Below, in pieces: positions 39,230 through 48,548 of a DNA stretch of 64,000 nucleotides (the first letter of the stretch is position 1; each line of letters begins with the position of its first letter). Both the position numbers and the translations under genes were made by a program. This DNA is from Alphaproteobacteria bacterium (lineage in GTDB: Bacteria > Pseudomonadota > Alphaproteobacteria > Rickettsiales > 21-14-0-20-44-7). The notes beneath the pieces were generated by a model that did not search any database, was not told where the DNA came from, and saw only the letters and a list, made by a program, of their open reading frames with translations. The stretch is from positions 211,437 to 275,436 of the forward strand of contig JAYVPI010000001.1 of the NCBI GenBank assembly GCA_043757405.1, read 5' to 3'.

Positions 39230-40110
39230 TAAGAAATATTTTTTTTGTCATCTGCTTTTTTCACCTTCACATGTAAAAACAAATGCACCTTATTCCCCAA
39301 CATTTTGCCAAGCTCCAGCCGCGAATTCTGGCCGATTTTTTTGATCATGCTGGCATTGTCGCCGATAATGATTTTTTTGTGACCAAGGCTGCCTGCATAA
39401 ATCGTTTGGTGGATGGTGATGCCTTTTGGACCATTGTCCTTATAAATATCAGTTTCCACATCAATCGCATATGGCAGTTCTTCGCGCAGGAGGTAGAAGA
39501 GTTTTTCCCGCGTAACTTCCGCGGCAGTAAAACGGTCATCTTTGTCGGAAAGTTGGTCTTCAGGATATGCCCAGGGCTGGTCGCCGGAGTTTTTTACTAA
39601 ATATTCCACCAATTCATCGATGCCTTTATTTTTGCTGACCGAGGTCATGAAAATTTCACCAAAAATTCCTGAGTCGAACAATTCCTGCGCCAGTTCCAAC
39701 TTGGCCTCCTGCTCGGCAATGTCGATTTTGTTGATTACCGCAACGGCCTTTACCGCGCCCTGCGCCTTGCTAATCTTGCCTCTAATACCATCAATAATCT
39801 TCTGTGATAATTCCGTCATCCCGCGTTTGGCGTCTAGCAGAAATACAATCTGCTCAACATCTCCAATCCCCTGCCAGGCATGATCCACCATCTTCTTCTG
39901 GCGGTCGTCGTGTGGATTCATGATTCCGGGAGTATCCACAAAAACCAATTGGGTTTCGCCCCTTACAACAATCCCGCGAATATTTTCGCGCGTGGTTTGT
40001 GGCCGCGGGGAAACGATACTAACTTTGGAACCGACAATATGATTCACCAACGAAGACTTGCCCGCATTTGGTGCGCCGCATATGCCGATAAATGATGATT
40101 TTTGGCTCAT
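39229..40110 (-). CDS. era: GTPase Era
   Basis: GAPNAGKSSLVN, DTPG and a KH domain are present. The start is set at MSQKSSFIG (40110); the 25 upstream codons of the track ORF are read-through of a repeat element. Confidence 0.9.
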   Translation of the reverse strand: MSQKSSFIGICGAPNAGKSSLVNHIVGSKVSIVSPRPQTTRENIRGIVVRGETQLVFVDTPGIMNPHDDRQKKMVDHAWQGIGDVEQIVFLLDAKRGMTELSQKIIDGIRGKISKAQGAVKAVAVINKIDIAEQEAKLELAQELFDSGIFGEIFMTSVSKNKGIDELVEYLVKNSGDQPWAYPEDQLSDKDDRFTAAEVTREKLFYLLREELPYAIDVETDIYKDNGPKGITIHQTIYAGSLGHKKIIIGDNASMIKKIGQNSRLELGKMLGNKVHLFLHVKVKKADDKKNIS

Positions 40111-40125
40111 GGCCACATGATATAC

Positions 40126-40173
40126 GTCATCTTGAGCGCAAGCGAAAGATCTTTCGCTCGCGCTCAAGATGAC
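40126..40173. repeat. 48-bp palindromic element at the era/dnaE junction
   Basis: GTCATCTTGAGCGCAAGCGAAAGA|TCTTTCGCTCGCGCTCAAGATGAC has one arm mismatch. It contains the dnaE stop codon (40164-40166). Confidence 0.85.
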
Positions 40174-43100
40174 GATGGAAGGCAAATGCCCTCGATGAAC
40201 ATTATCTGCTCTTTTAAATTATCATTCACCGCATAATATCCCGGCAGTTCCAGCACCACTTCGCTAACGCCCGTTTGCGCTTTTAATATTACGCGGTTTT
40301 TGAACAACATGCCGCTTTCATATATATTCGCAGCTAATAAATTTCTCAGTTTCGCCACCGCTTCCAGGTTATCTGCAACAAAATTCAAGTCCTGGACTTT
40401 TATAAAACGCAGGAAATTTGCCTTAATTGCCGCTTGCAATTCTTCTATCCTCTCTGCCAACAAACGCACACCACCTTCATCTTTCTTCGCCTCGGCCGTA
40501 ATCAATATCGGCGTATTACTCGCCAACATTTCCGCCGCGCGGGTGATTAGGTCATCTTCGTAGAGAACAATTTCAAACACCCCCATCCCATCCGAAACTT
40601 TCGCAAACGCAAACCGCCCACGCTTGCCGGAACGAATATTCAAGGTTGCCAGCACACCAGCTAAACGAACTTTGGTCGAAGCGCTCTTCAGGCGTTCTTC
40701 GATTTGTATTGATGGCAACACGCCCATTTCATCGAGGATATGCTGATAATCATTCAATGGATGGTCTGATAAATAAAACCCAAATGCCTCATATTCCGCC
40801 TTCAGACGCTCATTGGAATCCCAATCGCTGGCCTGTACTAACGAGGGTTTTGGCGCTTCGCCAATCGTTCCTTCGCCAAATAAGCTGATTTGCGAAGAGT
40901 CAATTTCTTCCTGGCAAATATTGTTATACCGGCTGAGCATCTCCGCCGATTCCAGGATCTGCCGGCGGTTGCAAGCCATGCCGTCAAACGCCCCTGCCTT
41001 CGCCAAACCTTCCAAATGCTTCTTATTAATCACCTTAACATCGCAGCGTTTGCAAAAATCAAACACATCGGCGAACTTCCCGTTCTCCTTCCTCTGCGCC
41101 GCCATTGCTTTCGCCGCTTCGATACCAACGCCTTTTAATGCACCTAGCGCATAACGGATTGAGCCGTTTTCAGGTTGGAAATAAGCCTCTGAGGAGTTGA
41201 TATCAGGAGACAAAACTTTGATACCGCGTTTGCTGGCTTCGTGTTTATAAAAGCTGAGTTTGTCGGTGTCGGCAATATCGAGGTTCATACAGGCGGTCAA
41301 AAACTCCACCGGGTAATGGCAGCTCAAATATGCTGTCTGGTAGGCAATCACCGAATAAGCCACCGCGTGGGATTTGTTGAAACCGTAACCGGCGAATTTG
41401 GCGATCAAATCAAAAATATCCGCCGCCAGTTTTTTATTGATCCCCTTCTCCGCCGCACCTTCGGCAAACATCAGGCGTTGTTCATCCATCTCCGCCTTAA
41501 TCTTCTTGCCCATCGCCCGCCGCAGCAAATCCGCTTTGCCAAGCGAATATCCGGCCAATATTTGCGCGGATTGCATAACCTGTTCTTGATAAACCAAAAT
41601 TCCATATGTCTCATTCAACAAATCCGACAATGAAATATGCGGATATTGCACCTCTTCCTTGCCGTGTTTCCGCGCATTATAACTCGGAATATTTTCCATC
41701 GGGCCGGGGCGGCAAAGCGAAGTTAGTGCCACGATATCCTCAAATTTATCAGGGCGCATTTTGCGAATTGCGTCTTTCACCAAAGTTGTATCCAACTGGA
41801 ATACACCCGCCGTTTCACCTTTGGAAAGCATATGGAAAATCTTCTCATCATCCAGCGGTAGGTTGTGGATATCAACTTTATTCCCCCCAGCCTCAACAAA
41901 CTGCCGCGCCTTATCCACCAGCGTCAATGTACGCAAACCGAGGAAATCGAACTTCACCAACCCGGCCGTTTCCGCATCTTTCATCGAATATTGCGAAACC
42001 GGCATTTCTGAGCGCGGGTCTTTATATAACGGCACCAACTCCACCAATGGCCGGTCAGCAATCAATATTCCCGCCGCATGTGTAGAAGCATGGCGATTCA
42101 ATCCTTCGAGTTTCAGCGCCACATTCAACAATCGTCCGATATTCTCATCATCACGTTGCAACCGCCGCAGTTCAGGATCCATATCTATCGCTTTGGAAAG
42201 CGTCACCGGGTCAATTGGATTGAACGGAATCATTTTAGAAATCCTATCAACTTCCATGTAGGGAATTTGCATCACCCGCCCGACATCGCGCAGCACCGCC
42301 CGCGCTTGTAGTTTTCCGAAAGTGATAATCTGGCAGACACGGTCGTGGCCATATTTATTACGCACATAATCGATCACCTCATCGCGCCGCTCCTGGCAGA
42401 AATCGATATCAAAATCCGGCATTGATACACGTTCAGGATTCAAGAACCGTTCAAACAGCAAGCCAAACCGCAACGGGTCAACATCGGTGATTTGTAGCGC
42501 CCAGGCTACTAAGGAACCTGCACCCGAACCCCGTCCCGGCCCCACCGGAATTCCCTGGCCCTTCGCCCATTTGATGAAGTCGGATACGATTAAGAAATAG
42601 CCCGGAAATTTCATCTTGATAATGACATCAAGCTCGAATTCCAGCCTAGTCCAATATTCGTCATCCTGCGACTTGATCGCAGGATCTTGTGAGTGCATCT
42701 CAGGAGGTCCTGCGGTCAAGCCGCAGGATGACGTTTTAGTATTTAAGCGCTCCTGCAAACCCTCACGCGCCTGCACCCGTAACTCATCTTCCTGCGTCCT
42801 GCCAGCCTCAGTTGGATAATCCGGCAACATCGGCTGACGTCCTTCTGCTTTAACCGAGCAACGTTTCGCAAGCTGCACCGTATTGGCAATCGCCTCCGGA
42901 ATATCCGCAAAAATCGCTATCATTTCCTCAGCTGATTTAAAATAGAATTGGTCGTTATATTTCTTGCGGTTTTCATCAACCAAATATTTGCCCTCGGCGA
43001 TACATATCAGCGCGTCATGGGCCTCGGACATATCCTGGGTTGAATAGAAGCAATTATTAGTGGCGATCAGTGGGAGATTATATTTATAGGCTATATCTAT

Positions 43101-43625
43101 CAGGCCAGGTTCAACTTTTTCCTCTTCCTCCAATCCATGCCGCGTCAATTCAACATAGAGGCGGTTCGGGAACATACCATTCAGGCGCTCGGCGAATTGT
43201 TGGGCTTTTTGGGTTTCACCCTTGGAGATGAGTTTAGCCATTTCCCCTTCCACTCCGGCGGTTAGGCATAGCAAACCTTCGGTATATTGTTCCAACTCCA
43301 CCAGATCAAGGCTCGCTTCGTGCGGGGAGCTGGAGCGGAGTATAGATTGGCTGACTAATTTGAGGAGATTTTGGAAGCCTGTTTGATTTTGCGCATATAA
43401 AACTAATTTTGAACCCTCAACTTTGACTTCGCAGCCGATAATGGGCTGCACACCTTTATAGGCCGCCGCTTTGGAAAATTCCAGGATGCCAAAAAGATTG
43501 CCGCTATCAGTAATCGCCACAGCCGGCATATCATAATGCACCGCCATCTCCACCAGTTCCCCAATCCTAATCGCGCCCTCGGAAAGCGAAAACTGGGTGT
43601 GGTTGCGGAGATGGATGAATTGCAT
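40164..43625 (-). CDS. dnaE: DNA polymerase III subunit alpha
   Basis: The PHP N-terminus (MQFIHLRNHTQFSLSEGA) and FPGYFLIV are present. Length is 1153 aa. Confidence 0.97.
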   Translation of the reverse strand: MQFIHLRNHTQFSLSEGAIRIGELVEMAVHYDMPAVAITDSGNLFGILEFSKAAAYKGVQPIIGCEVKVEGSKLVLYAQNQTGFQNLLKLVSQSILRSSSPHEASLDLVELEQYTEGLLCLTAGVEGEMAKLISKGETQKAQQFAERLNGMFPNRLYVELTRHGLEEEEKVEPGLIDIAYKYNLPLIATNNCFYSTQDMSEAHDALICIAEGKYLVDENRKKYNDQFYFKSAEEMIAIFADIPEAIANTVQLAKRCSVKAEGRQPMLPDYPTEAGRTQEDELRVQAREGLQERLNTKTSSCGLTAGPPEMHSQDPAIKSQDDEYWTRLEFELDVIIKMKFPGYFLIVSDFIKWAKGQGIPVGPGRGSGAGSLVAWALQITDVDPLRFGLLFERFLNPERVSMPDFDIDFCQERRDEVIDYVRNKYGHDRVCQIITFGKLQARAVLRDVGRVMQIPYMEVDRISKMIPFNPIDPVTLSKAIDMDPELRRLQRDDENIGRLLNVALKLEGLNRHASTHAAGILIADRPLVELVPLYKDPRSEMPVSQYSMKDAETAGLVKFDFLGLRTLTLVDKARQFVEAGGNKVDIHNLPLDDEKIFHMLSKGETAGVFQLDTTLVKDAIRKMRPDKFEDIVALTSLCRPGPMENIPSYNARKHGKEEVQYPHISLSDLLNETYGILVYQEQVMQSAQILAGYSLGKADLLRRAMGKKIKAEMDEQRLMFAEGAAEKGINKKLAADIFDLIAKFAGYGFNKSHAVAYSVIAYQTAYLSCHYPVEFLTACMNLDIADTDKLSFYKHEASKRGIKVLSPDINSSEAYFQPENGSIRYALGALKGVGIEAAKAMAAQRKENGKFADVFDFCKRCDVKVINKKHLEGLAKAGAFDGMACNRRQILESAEMLSRYNNICQEEIDSSQISLFGEGTIGEAPKPSLVQASDWDSNERLKAEYEAFGFYLSDHPLNDYQHILDEMGVLPSIQIEERLKSASTKVRLAGVLATLNIRSGKRGRFAFAKVSDGMGVFEIVLYEDDLITRAAEMLASNTPILITAEAKKDEGGVRLLAERIEELQAAIKANFLRFIKVQDLNFVADNLEAVAKLRNLLAANIYESGMLFKNRVILKAQTGVSEVVLELPGYYAVNDNLKEQIMFIEGICLPSSS
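42660..42732. repeat. GTCATCC...GGATGAC element inserted in frame in dnaE
   Basis: GTCATCCTGCGACTTGATCGCAGGATC...CCTGCGGTCAAGCCGCAGGATGAC encodes SSCGLTAGPPEMHSQDPAIKSQDD. Confidence 0.85.
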
Positions 43626-43706
43626 GGTTCATTTATAAACCATGCAGTTGCCAAATATCAAATGCCAAATGTTAGTTCTGTTATTTGATATCTGACATTT
43701 GGCATC

Positions 43707-44378
43707 CTATTCAACCTTCCCGCCATGGATCTTCAACACACGATCCATCTTATCGACCAGCGCCTGGTTATGCGTGGCGATCAACGCGCAGCAGTTGGTT
43801 TTTTTAATCATCTGGCGCAGCAAATCGAAGACTATACCGGAATTGTGCTCGTCCAGGTTTCCGGTTGGTTCATCGGCCAAAATCACCGCTGGACTATTCG
43901 CCAATGCCCGTGCAATTGCCACACGCTGCTGCTGCCCGCCGGAGAGTTGGGATGGGCGGTGAGTTTTACGGTCGGACAGGCCCATTACTTCCAAAAGTTC
44001 TTCTGCTTTTTTGAGGGCGGCGGTTTTGGCAACGCCATTTATGATTTGTGGGATGCACAGGTTTTCCAGGGCTGTAAACTCCGGGAGTAAATGATGGAAT
44101 TGATAAACGAAGCCAATATTCTTACGGCGGGCGGCGGTGCGCCTTTTATCATTCGCAGTGGCGAAATCTTCATCGCTGATTTTGATAATACCGGATTGGG
44201 GTTTGTCTAATAGTCCTGCGATTTGCAGCAATGTGGTTTTGCCGGAACCGCTTGGCCCCACGAGCGCAACAACTTCGCCAGGATTGAGGCTGATATTTAT
44301 GCCGTTAAGGACTTTGATTTCCTCGCCGCCCTGGATGAAATGCTTATGCACATTTTGCATTTCAAGTAACTTACTCAT
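43707..44378 (-). CDS. lolD: Lipoprotein-releasing system ATP-binding protein LolD
   Basis: GPSGSGKTT, LSGGQQQRVAIARA and a LolD-type motif region are present. ATG 44378 is preceded by AAGGATGGAG. Confidence 0.85.
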   Translation of the reverse strand: MSKLLEMQNVHKHFIQGGEEIKVLNGINISLNPGEVVALVGPSGSGKTTLLQIAGLLDKPQSGIIKISDEDFATANDKRRTAARRKNIGFVYQFHHLLPEFTALENLCIPQIINGVAKTAALKKAEELLEVMGLSDRKTHRPSQLSGGQQQRVAIARALANSPAVILADEPTGNLDEHNSGIVFDLLRQMIKKTNCCALIATHNQALVDKMDRVLKIHGGKVE

Positions 44379-44396
44379 AACTCCATCCTTCAACAG

Positions 44397-44476
44397 CCGT
44401 CACCCCGCACTTGTTGCGGGGTCTATTCACAAGTTCATGCCCTGTAATGGATGCCGCAACAAGTGCGGGGTGACGG
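44397..44476. repeat. GTCACCCCG...CGGGGTGAC palindromic element between lolC/E and lolD
   Basis: Perfect 23-bp inverted arms CCGTCACCCCGCACTTGTTGCGG / CCGCAACAAGTGCGGGGTGACGG flank 34 bp. Confidence 0.9.
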
Positions 44477-44485
44477 TTTTGGTGG

Positions 44486-45736
44486 CTATTCATAACGCAA
44501 CGCCTCCGCCGGATCTAGTTTGGCGGCGCGCCAGCTTGGATAGATCGTGGCGATCAGGGAAATTAATAGCGAAATTCCCGCTACTTCGAGAACTTCTTTT
44601 GGGTTCACCAGCGCTGGAAGATGATCGAGGTGATAGATCTCCGGGTTAAAAACTTGTGTTTTGGTGACATATTCAACTGCTTTTTGTATGGGGCCGATGT
44701 AGTGGCAGAATAATAAGCCAAGTAAAACTCCGCTAAGCGTTCCGACGACGCCATTAAAACTGCCAACTAGCATAAATGCGCGTTGCACGGCGCGGCGCTC
44801 CATTCCCATTGTGCGGAGGATGGCGATTGATTGGGACTTGTCTTTTACAAGCATAATCATGCCGCTGATGATGTTGAATGAGGCCACCAAAATTATCATG
44901 CTGAGGATTATGAACATCATATTGCGCTCGGTTTGCACGGCGCCAAAGAATTGGGAGTTGGCTTGCTGCCAGTCATAGACGCGGTACCTGTCGCCGTAGC
45001 GATCGTGCAGTTTATAAGCATATGGCAGCGCATCGTCTAAATTTTTGACTTCAATGCCAAGGCTTTCAACCTTACCGCCAAAATCAAAGAGCCCTTGCGC
45101 AGTTTCAAGCGGGATATAAACCATATTGCGATCATATTCCTGCATACCAAGATTAAAGATGCCGACGATTTTGAAAGTTTTCTTGCGCGGGATGGCGCCA
45201 AAGACGGTTGAGGTGGATTGAGGAGTGAGGATGGTAATTTCGTTGCCGATATATGCATCCAACGCACTGGCCAGTTTGAATCCGATGATGATGCCATCTT
45301 CGCCAAAATCTTTCCATTCGCCAACAAAATCCATATTATTGACGAGCTTATTCGCCTGTAATTTTTCCGACGGAACCCCGCGTACTTTGACGCCTTCAAC
45401 CGCACCTTTGGCATGCGGGTTGAAAATCACCGCATTGCCCTCGATAGTTGGCGTCACGGATTTAACTTCCGGATCTTTCTCAATTTCCTTTTGAAGCAAC
45501 TGCCAATCCGGCAATCCGCGCTCCAGTGAATAAACCGAAACATGCGAATTTACGCCAAGGATGCGGCCCAGCAAGTCATTACGAAAGCCGTTCATAACTG
45601 AGAGGACGATGATAAGCGTCGCCACGCCGAGGCTTATGCCGACAATCGAAAGTCCCGCCACAATCGATATCATTCCCTCCCGCTTTTTTGTGCGTAGATA
45701 GCGGGCGGCGAGTGTTAGTTCCAGTTTATTGAACAT
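44486..45736 (-). CDS. Lipoprotein-releasing system transmembrane protein, LolC/LolE family
   Basis: N-terminus [21 protein letters not shown], with MacB-like periplasmic and FtsX domains. Length is 416 aa. Confidence 0.85.
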   Translation of the reverse strand: MFNKLELTLAARYLRTKKREGMISIVAGLSIVGISLGVATLIIVLSVMNGFRNDLLGRILGVNSHVSVYSLERGLPDWQLLQKEIEKDPEVKSVTPTIEGNAVIFNPHAKGAVEGVKVRGVPSEKLQANKLVNNMDFVGEWKDFGEDGIIIGFKLASALDAYIGNEITILTPQSTSTVFGAIPRKKTFKIVGIFNLGMQEYDRNMVYIPLETAQGLFDFGGKVESLGIEVKNLDDALPYAYKLHDRYGDRYRVYDWQQANSQFFGAVQTERNMMFIILSMIILVASFNIISGMIMLVKDKSQSIAILRTMGMERRAVQRAFMLVGSFNGVVGTLSGVLLGLLFCHYIGPIQKAVEYVTKTQVFNPEIYHLDHLPALVNPKEVLEVAGISLLISLIATIYPSWRAAKLDPAEALRYE

Positions 45737-46949
45737 TTATTACCTTATTTAAAGCCGCCTCAACCGAAACTTCCTGCTTCTCACTAGATTTGCGATTCTT
45801 CAACTCAACCATTCCATTGGCCGCGCTTCTTGGCCCCACAGCAATTTGCCACGGTAGCCCGATCAAATCCATCGTTGCAAATTTCGCACCCGCTGAACCA
45901 TCGCGGTCATCGTATAAGCAGCTTGCGACTTTGCCATAGATTTCACTGCAGATTTTATCGCAGGCAGCATCACCAGGTTTGATGTTGATTAGCCCGAGTT
46001 TATATGGCGCGACCGGTTCCGGCCAGATGATGCCATTTTCGTCGTGGCTGGCTTCGATAATCGCCCCCACCAGTCGCGAAACGCCGATGCCGTAACTGCC
46101 CATTTGCGGGATAATTTCCTTACCGTCCGGCCCTTGGACTTTGACTTTCATGGCACGCGAATATTTATCGCCGAAATAGAATATGTGGCCAACTTCAATC
46201 CCCCGCGCTTCCTTGAAACCTTGTGGCGCGGTTTTGGGATCGTGCATTTCATCGGCCATGGCATATGAAAAATCATCGGTGTAATAAAGCGCCGACTCTC
46301 CGGTCTGCGCGACGATATGGAATTCGTGGCTCAAATCTCCGCCGATTGGCCCTGTATTGGCGCGAACAGGCACGGCTTTCAATCCCATGCGGGAGAAGGC
46401 TTTTAAATATGCGCCGTGATATTTCCAATATGTTTCCTGCGCCGCTTTTTCGTCGATATCAAAGCTATAAGCATCCTTCATCAAAAATTCGCGGCCGCGC
46501 ATGACGCCGAACCGTGGGCGGACTTCGTCGCGGAATTTCCATTGGATGTTATAAAGCATTTTTGGCAGGTCTTTATATGACTTGCAGGATTGGCGGAAAA
46601 TATCGGTGACAACTTCCTCCGCTGTCGGGCCAAAGAGCAGATCGCGGTCAGAGCGGTCTTTTATACGCAGCATTTCCTTGCCATAAGCTTCATATCGCCC
46701 AGATTCCTGCCATAATTCAGCCGGTTGCATAGTCGGCATCAATAGTTCCAGCGAGCCGATCGCGTCCATTTCCTCCCGAACGATTTGTTCGATATTTTTG
46801 AGGACTTTCAAGCCCAAAGGCAGCCAATTATAGATCCCCGCCCCCACTTGGCGCACCATTCCGGCACGCAGCATCAGGCGATGTGAGGCAATTTGCGCCT
46901 CAGCCGGATTTTCTTTGATTATCGGAAGGAGATATTGGCTTAGTTTCAT
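45726..46949 (-). CDS. proS: Proline--tRNA ligase (short form without editing domain)
   Basis: N-terminus [34 protein letters not shown]. Class II motifs are present. Confidence 0.9.
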   Translation of the reverse strand: MKLSQYLLPIIKENPAEAQIASHRLMLRAGMVRQVGAGIYNWLPLGLKVLKNIEQIVREEMDAIGSLELLMPTMQPAELWQESGRYEAYGKEMLRIKDRSDRDLLFGPTAEEVVTDIFRQSCKSYKDLPKMLYNIQWKFRDEVRPRFGVMRGREFLMKDAYSFDIDEKAAQETYWKYHGAYLKAFSRMGLKAVPVRANTGPIGGDLSHEFHIVAQTGESALYYTDDFSYAMADEMHDPKTAPQGFKEARGIEVGHIFYFGDKYSRAMKVKVQGPDGKEIIPQMGSYGIGVSRLVGAIIEASHDENGIIWPEPVAPYKLGLINIKPGDAACDKICSEIYGKVASCLYDDRDGSAGAKFATMDLIGLPWQIAVGPRSAANGMVELKNRKSSEKQEVSVEAALNKVINVQ

Positions 46950-46952
46950 AAG

Positions 46953-47024
46953 TCGTTCGTTGTTAATCGTTGATCGTTCATCGCTTGTAATTCGATAAAC
47001 GATTAACGATGAACGATCAACGAA
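46953..47024. repeat. TCGTTGATCG-type palindromic element (copy 2)
   Basis: TCGTTGATCGTTCATCG...CGATGAACGATCAACGA with a TTGTAA centre, between the proS and rpmG starts. Confidence 0.65.
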
Positions 47025-47089
47025 AAAGCTTGACTTTGCTGTGGGCGATGGCTAAAAACCCTGACAAATCAAAGAATCGGATAAGAAAA

Positions 47090-47257
47090 ATGGCTAAAAA
47101 AGACGCAATGTTAATCAAGCTGGTCAGCACCGCTGGCACAGGCTTTTATTATGTAAAAAAACGCAATCCGAAGCGTTATCCTAACAAACTGGCTTTCACT
47201 AAATATGACCCAGTAGTTCGTAAGCATGTTGAGTTTAAGGAAGAAAAGCTGAAATAG
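47090..47257 (+). CDS. rpmG: 50S ribosomal protein L33
   Basis: The 55-aa product is [29 protein letters not shown]...[18 protein letters not shown]. Confidence 0.9.
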   Translation: MAKKDAMLIKLVSTAGTGFYYVKKRNPKRYPNKLAFTKYDPVVRKHVEFKEEKLK

Positions 47258-47263
47258 GCTTCA

Positions 47264-47655
47264 GTCTTTCAGACATCGGACTTCAGTGAAAAAGGGCCAC
47301 AGGGAATTAAAAGTTTGGCAAAAATCTGTGGAGTTGGTTGATAATGTATACAACCTCATAGAGAAATTTCCTAAACATGAAATTTATTCTTTATCTACCC
47401 AATTAAAAAGATCCGCGGTCTCCGTTCCCTCAAACATAGCAGAGGGCTCAGCTAGAAAATCTGACAAAGAATTCATACGTTTTTTGAATATTGCATACGG
47501 CTCATTGGTGGAAGCGGATACGCAAATTTACATAGCCGAAAAAAGAAAATATATCTCCTCTGAAGAAGCAATTTCTATTATCAATGATCTTAACGAAGTA
47601 GGCAGAATGATAAATGGCCTAAGAAACTACTTACTGAAGTCCGATGTCTGAAGAC
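47264..47655. mobile_element. IVS-like hairpin cassette: 22/23-nt inverted repeats enclosing a four-helix-bundle ORF
   Basis: The left arm is GTCTTTCAGACATCGGACTTCAG (47264-47286). The right arm is CTGAAGTCCGATGTCTGAAGAC (47634-47655). They are complementary apart from one extra T. Confidence 0.5.
47286..47651 (+). CDS. Four-helix-bundle protein ('23S rRNA intervening sequence protein' / Avd-like family)
   Basis: Family hallmarks LKVWQKS...FPKHEIYSLSTQLKRSAVSVPSNIAEGSAR...FLNIAYGSLVE are present. The GTG start lies at the last base of the left stem and the stop lies inside the right stem. Confidence 0.8.
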   Translation: MKKGHRELKVWQKSVELVDNVYNLIEKFPKHEIYSLSTQLKRSAVSVPSNIAEGSARKSDKEFIRFLNIAYGSLVEADTQIYIAEKRKYISSEEAISIINDLNEVGRMINGLRNYLLKSDV

Positions 47656-47661
47656 CGCAGT

Positions 47662-48546
47662 CTATTTTTTTGCAAAATAATAATGTTCCCCGCGTTCCGA
47701 TTTAAGGATTTTGAGCCTGCGCTCGGTTTCAATGTTTTGCTGTAACTCGTGATATAGCTTAGTTTCCTGTAACGTGAAGCCAGCCCTTTCGACTATCTTT
47801 TTAATCTCGGAAACCGGTGCGGCGAATTTGTATTTTTCTTTTTTCTTGGCCAATACCATATCCGCAGTTTTTGTTCGCGCATTGCCTTCCATCTCGGACA
47901 TCGAGCCGAAAACTATATAACTTCCCTTAGCGCTTAACGAGGAAATATCGGAGAAAAGTTTTTCCACATCTTTCCTTTCCAAATATGGCAAAACACCCTC
48001 AATCACAAAAAAGCTTTTTTGCTTTTTATCAAATTTAGTTGGCCGCAACGCTTCTTTTAGGTTCTTTTTAGAAAGGTCGGCAGCAACAAAATTCATATTA
48101 GAAGTTGTAATTCCCGGCATCCTGGCCAAAGCATCAAGCTTAATTCTTTGTGTCGCTTGCTGATCCAGTTCAAAAAATTCCATTTGCGGATGTAAGTGTG
48201 AATATTCCAGGCAAAGTGTATCAAATCCAGCACCGATCATTGTTACTTGCGTGACTTCCCCAGCCACAGCTTGCAATTGCTTACGGATATAATTTTTGCG
48301 GGCAGCATAATGTACCGGCGAGCCTTTTATGCCGAAATTATCGATGAGCCAGATAGCGGCGCCGTTCCCAATCAAGTTATGCAAAAGCTTTATGCTCAAA
48401 TCGTTTTTTGCACATTCATTGGCCATTAAACGGCTTATTTCAACCTGCTGTTTAGTCACAAGATCAAAATATTTTTTACTCGCAGCGAGTGCTGGCAGAA
48501 CTTTGGGGATCAGGAAAGCGGTAAAACTCGGCTTCTCCTTTGCCAT
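47662..48546 (-). CDS. Class I SAM-dependent methyltransferase (leucine carboxyl/O-methyltransferase-like family)
   Basis: Contains VTMIGAGFDT and FFVIEGVLPYL. Confidence 0.65.
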   Translation of the reverse strand: MAKEKPSFTAFLIPKVLPALAASKKYFDLVTKQQVEISRLMANECAKNDLSIKLLHNLIGNGAAIWLIDNFGIKGSPVHYAARKNYIRKQLQAVAGEVTQVTMIGAGFDTLCLEYSHLHPQMEFFELDQQATQRIKLDALARMPGITTSNMNFVAADLSKKNLKEALRPTKFDKKQKSFFVIEGVLPYLERKDVEKLFSDISSLSAKGSYIVFGSMSEMEGNARTKTADMVLAKKKEKYKFAAPVSEIKKIVERAGFTLQETKLYHELQQNIETERRLKILKSERGEHYYFAKK

Positions 48547-48548
48547 TT

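Noticed and set aside
40111-40185. 25-codon N-terminal extension of era in the ORF track
   Set aside because: The extension is read-through of the 48-bp palindromic element (ILSASERSFACAQDD). The Era family N-terminus fits the internal MSQKSSFIG start.
43662-43705. ATGCCAAATGT...ACATTTGGCAT inverted repeat directly downstream of the lolD stop
   Set aside because: An AT-rich 11-bp stem with a 22-nt loop and no clean T-run is not a convincing intrinsic terminator. It is interleaved with a second repeat (AAATATCAAAT/ATTTGATAT) in non-hairpin order. It is noted only.
47009-47089. 27-codon N-terminal extension of rpmG, and the similar extension of lipB from 22406
   Set aside because: Both extensions run through TCGTTGATCG palindromes. 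L33 is a 55-aa protein and the LipB family N-terminus fits ATG 22460.
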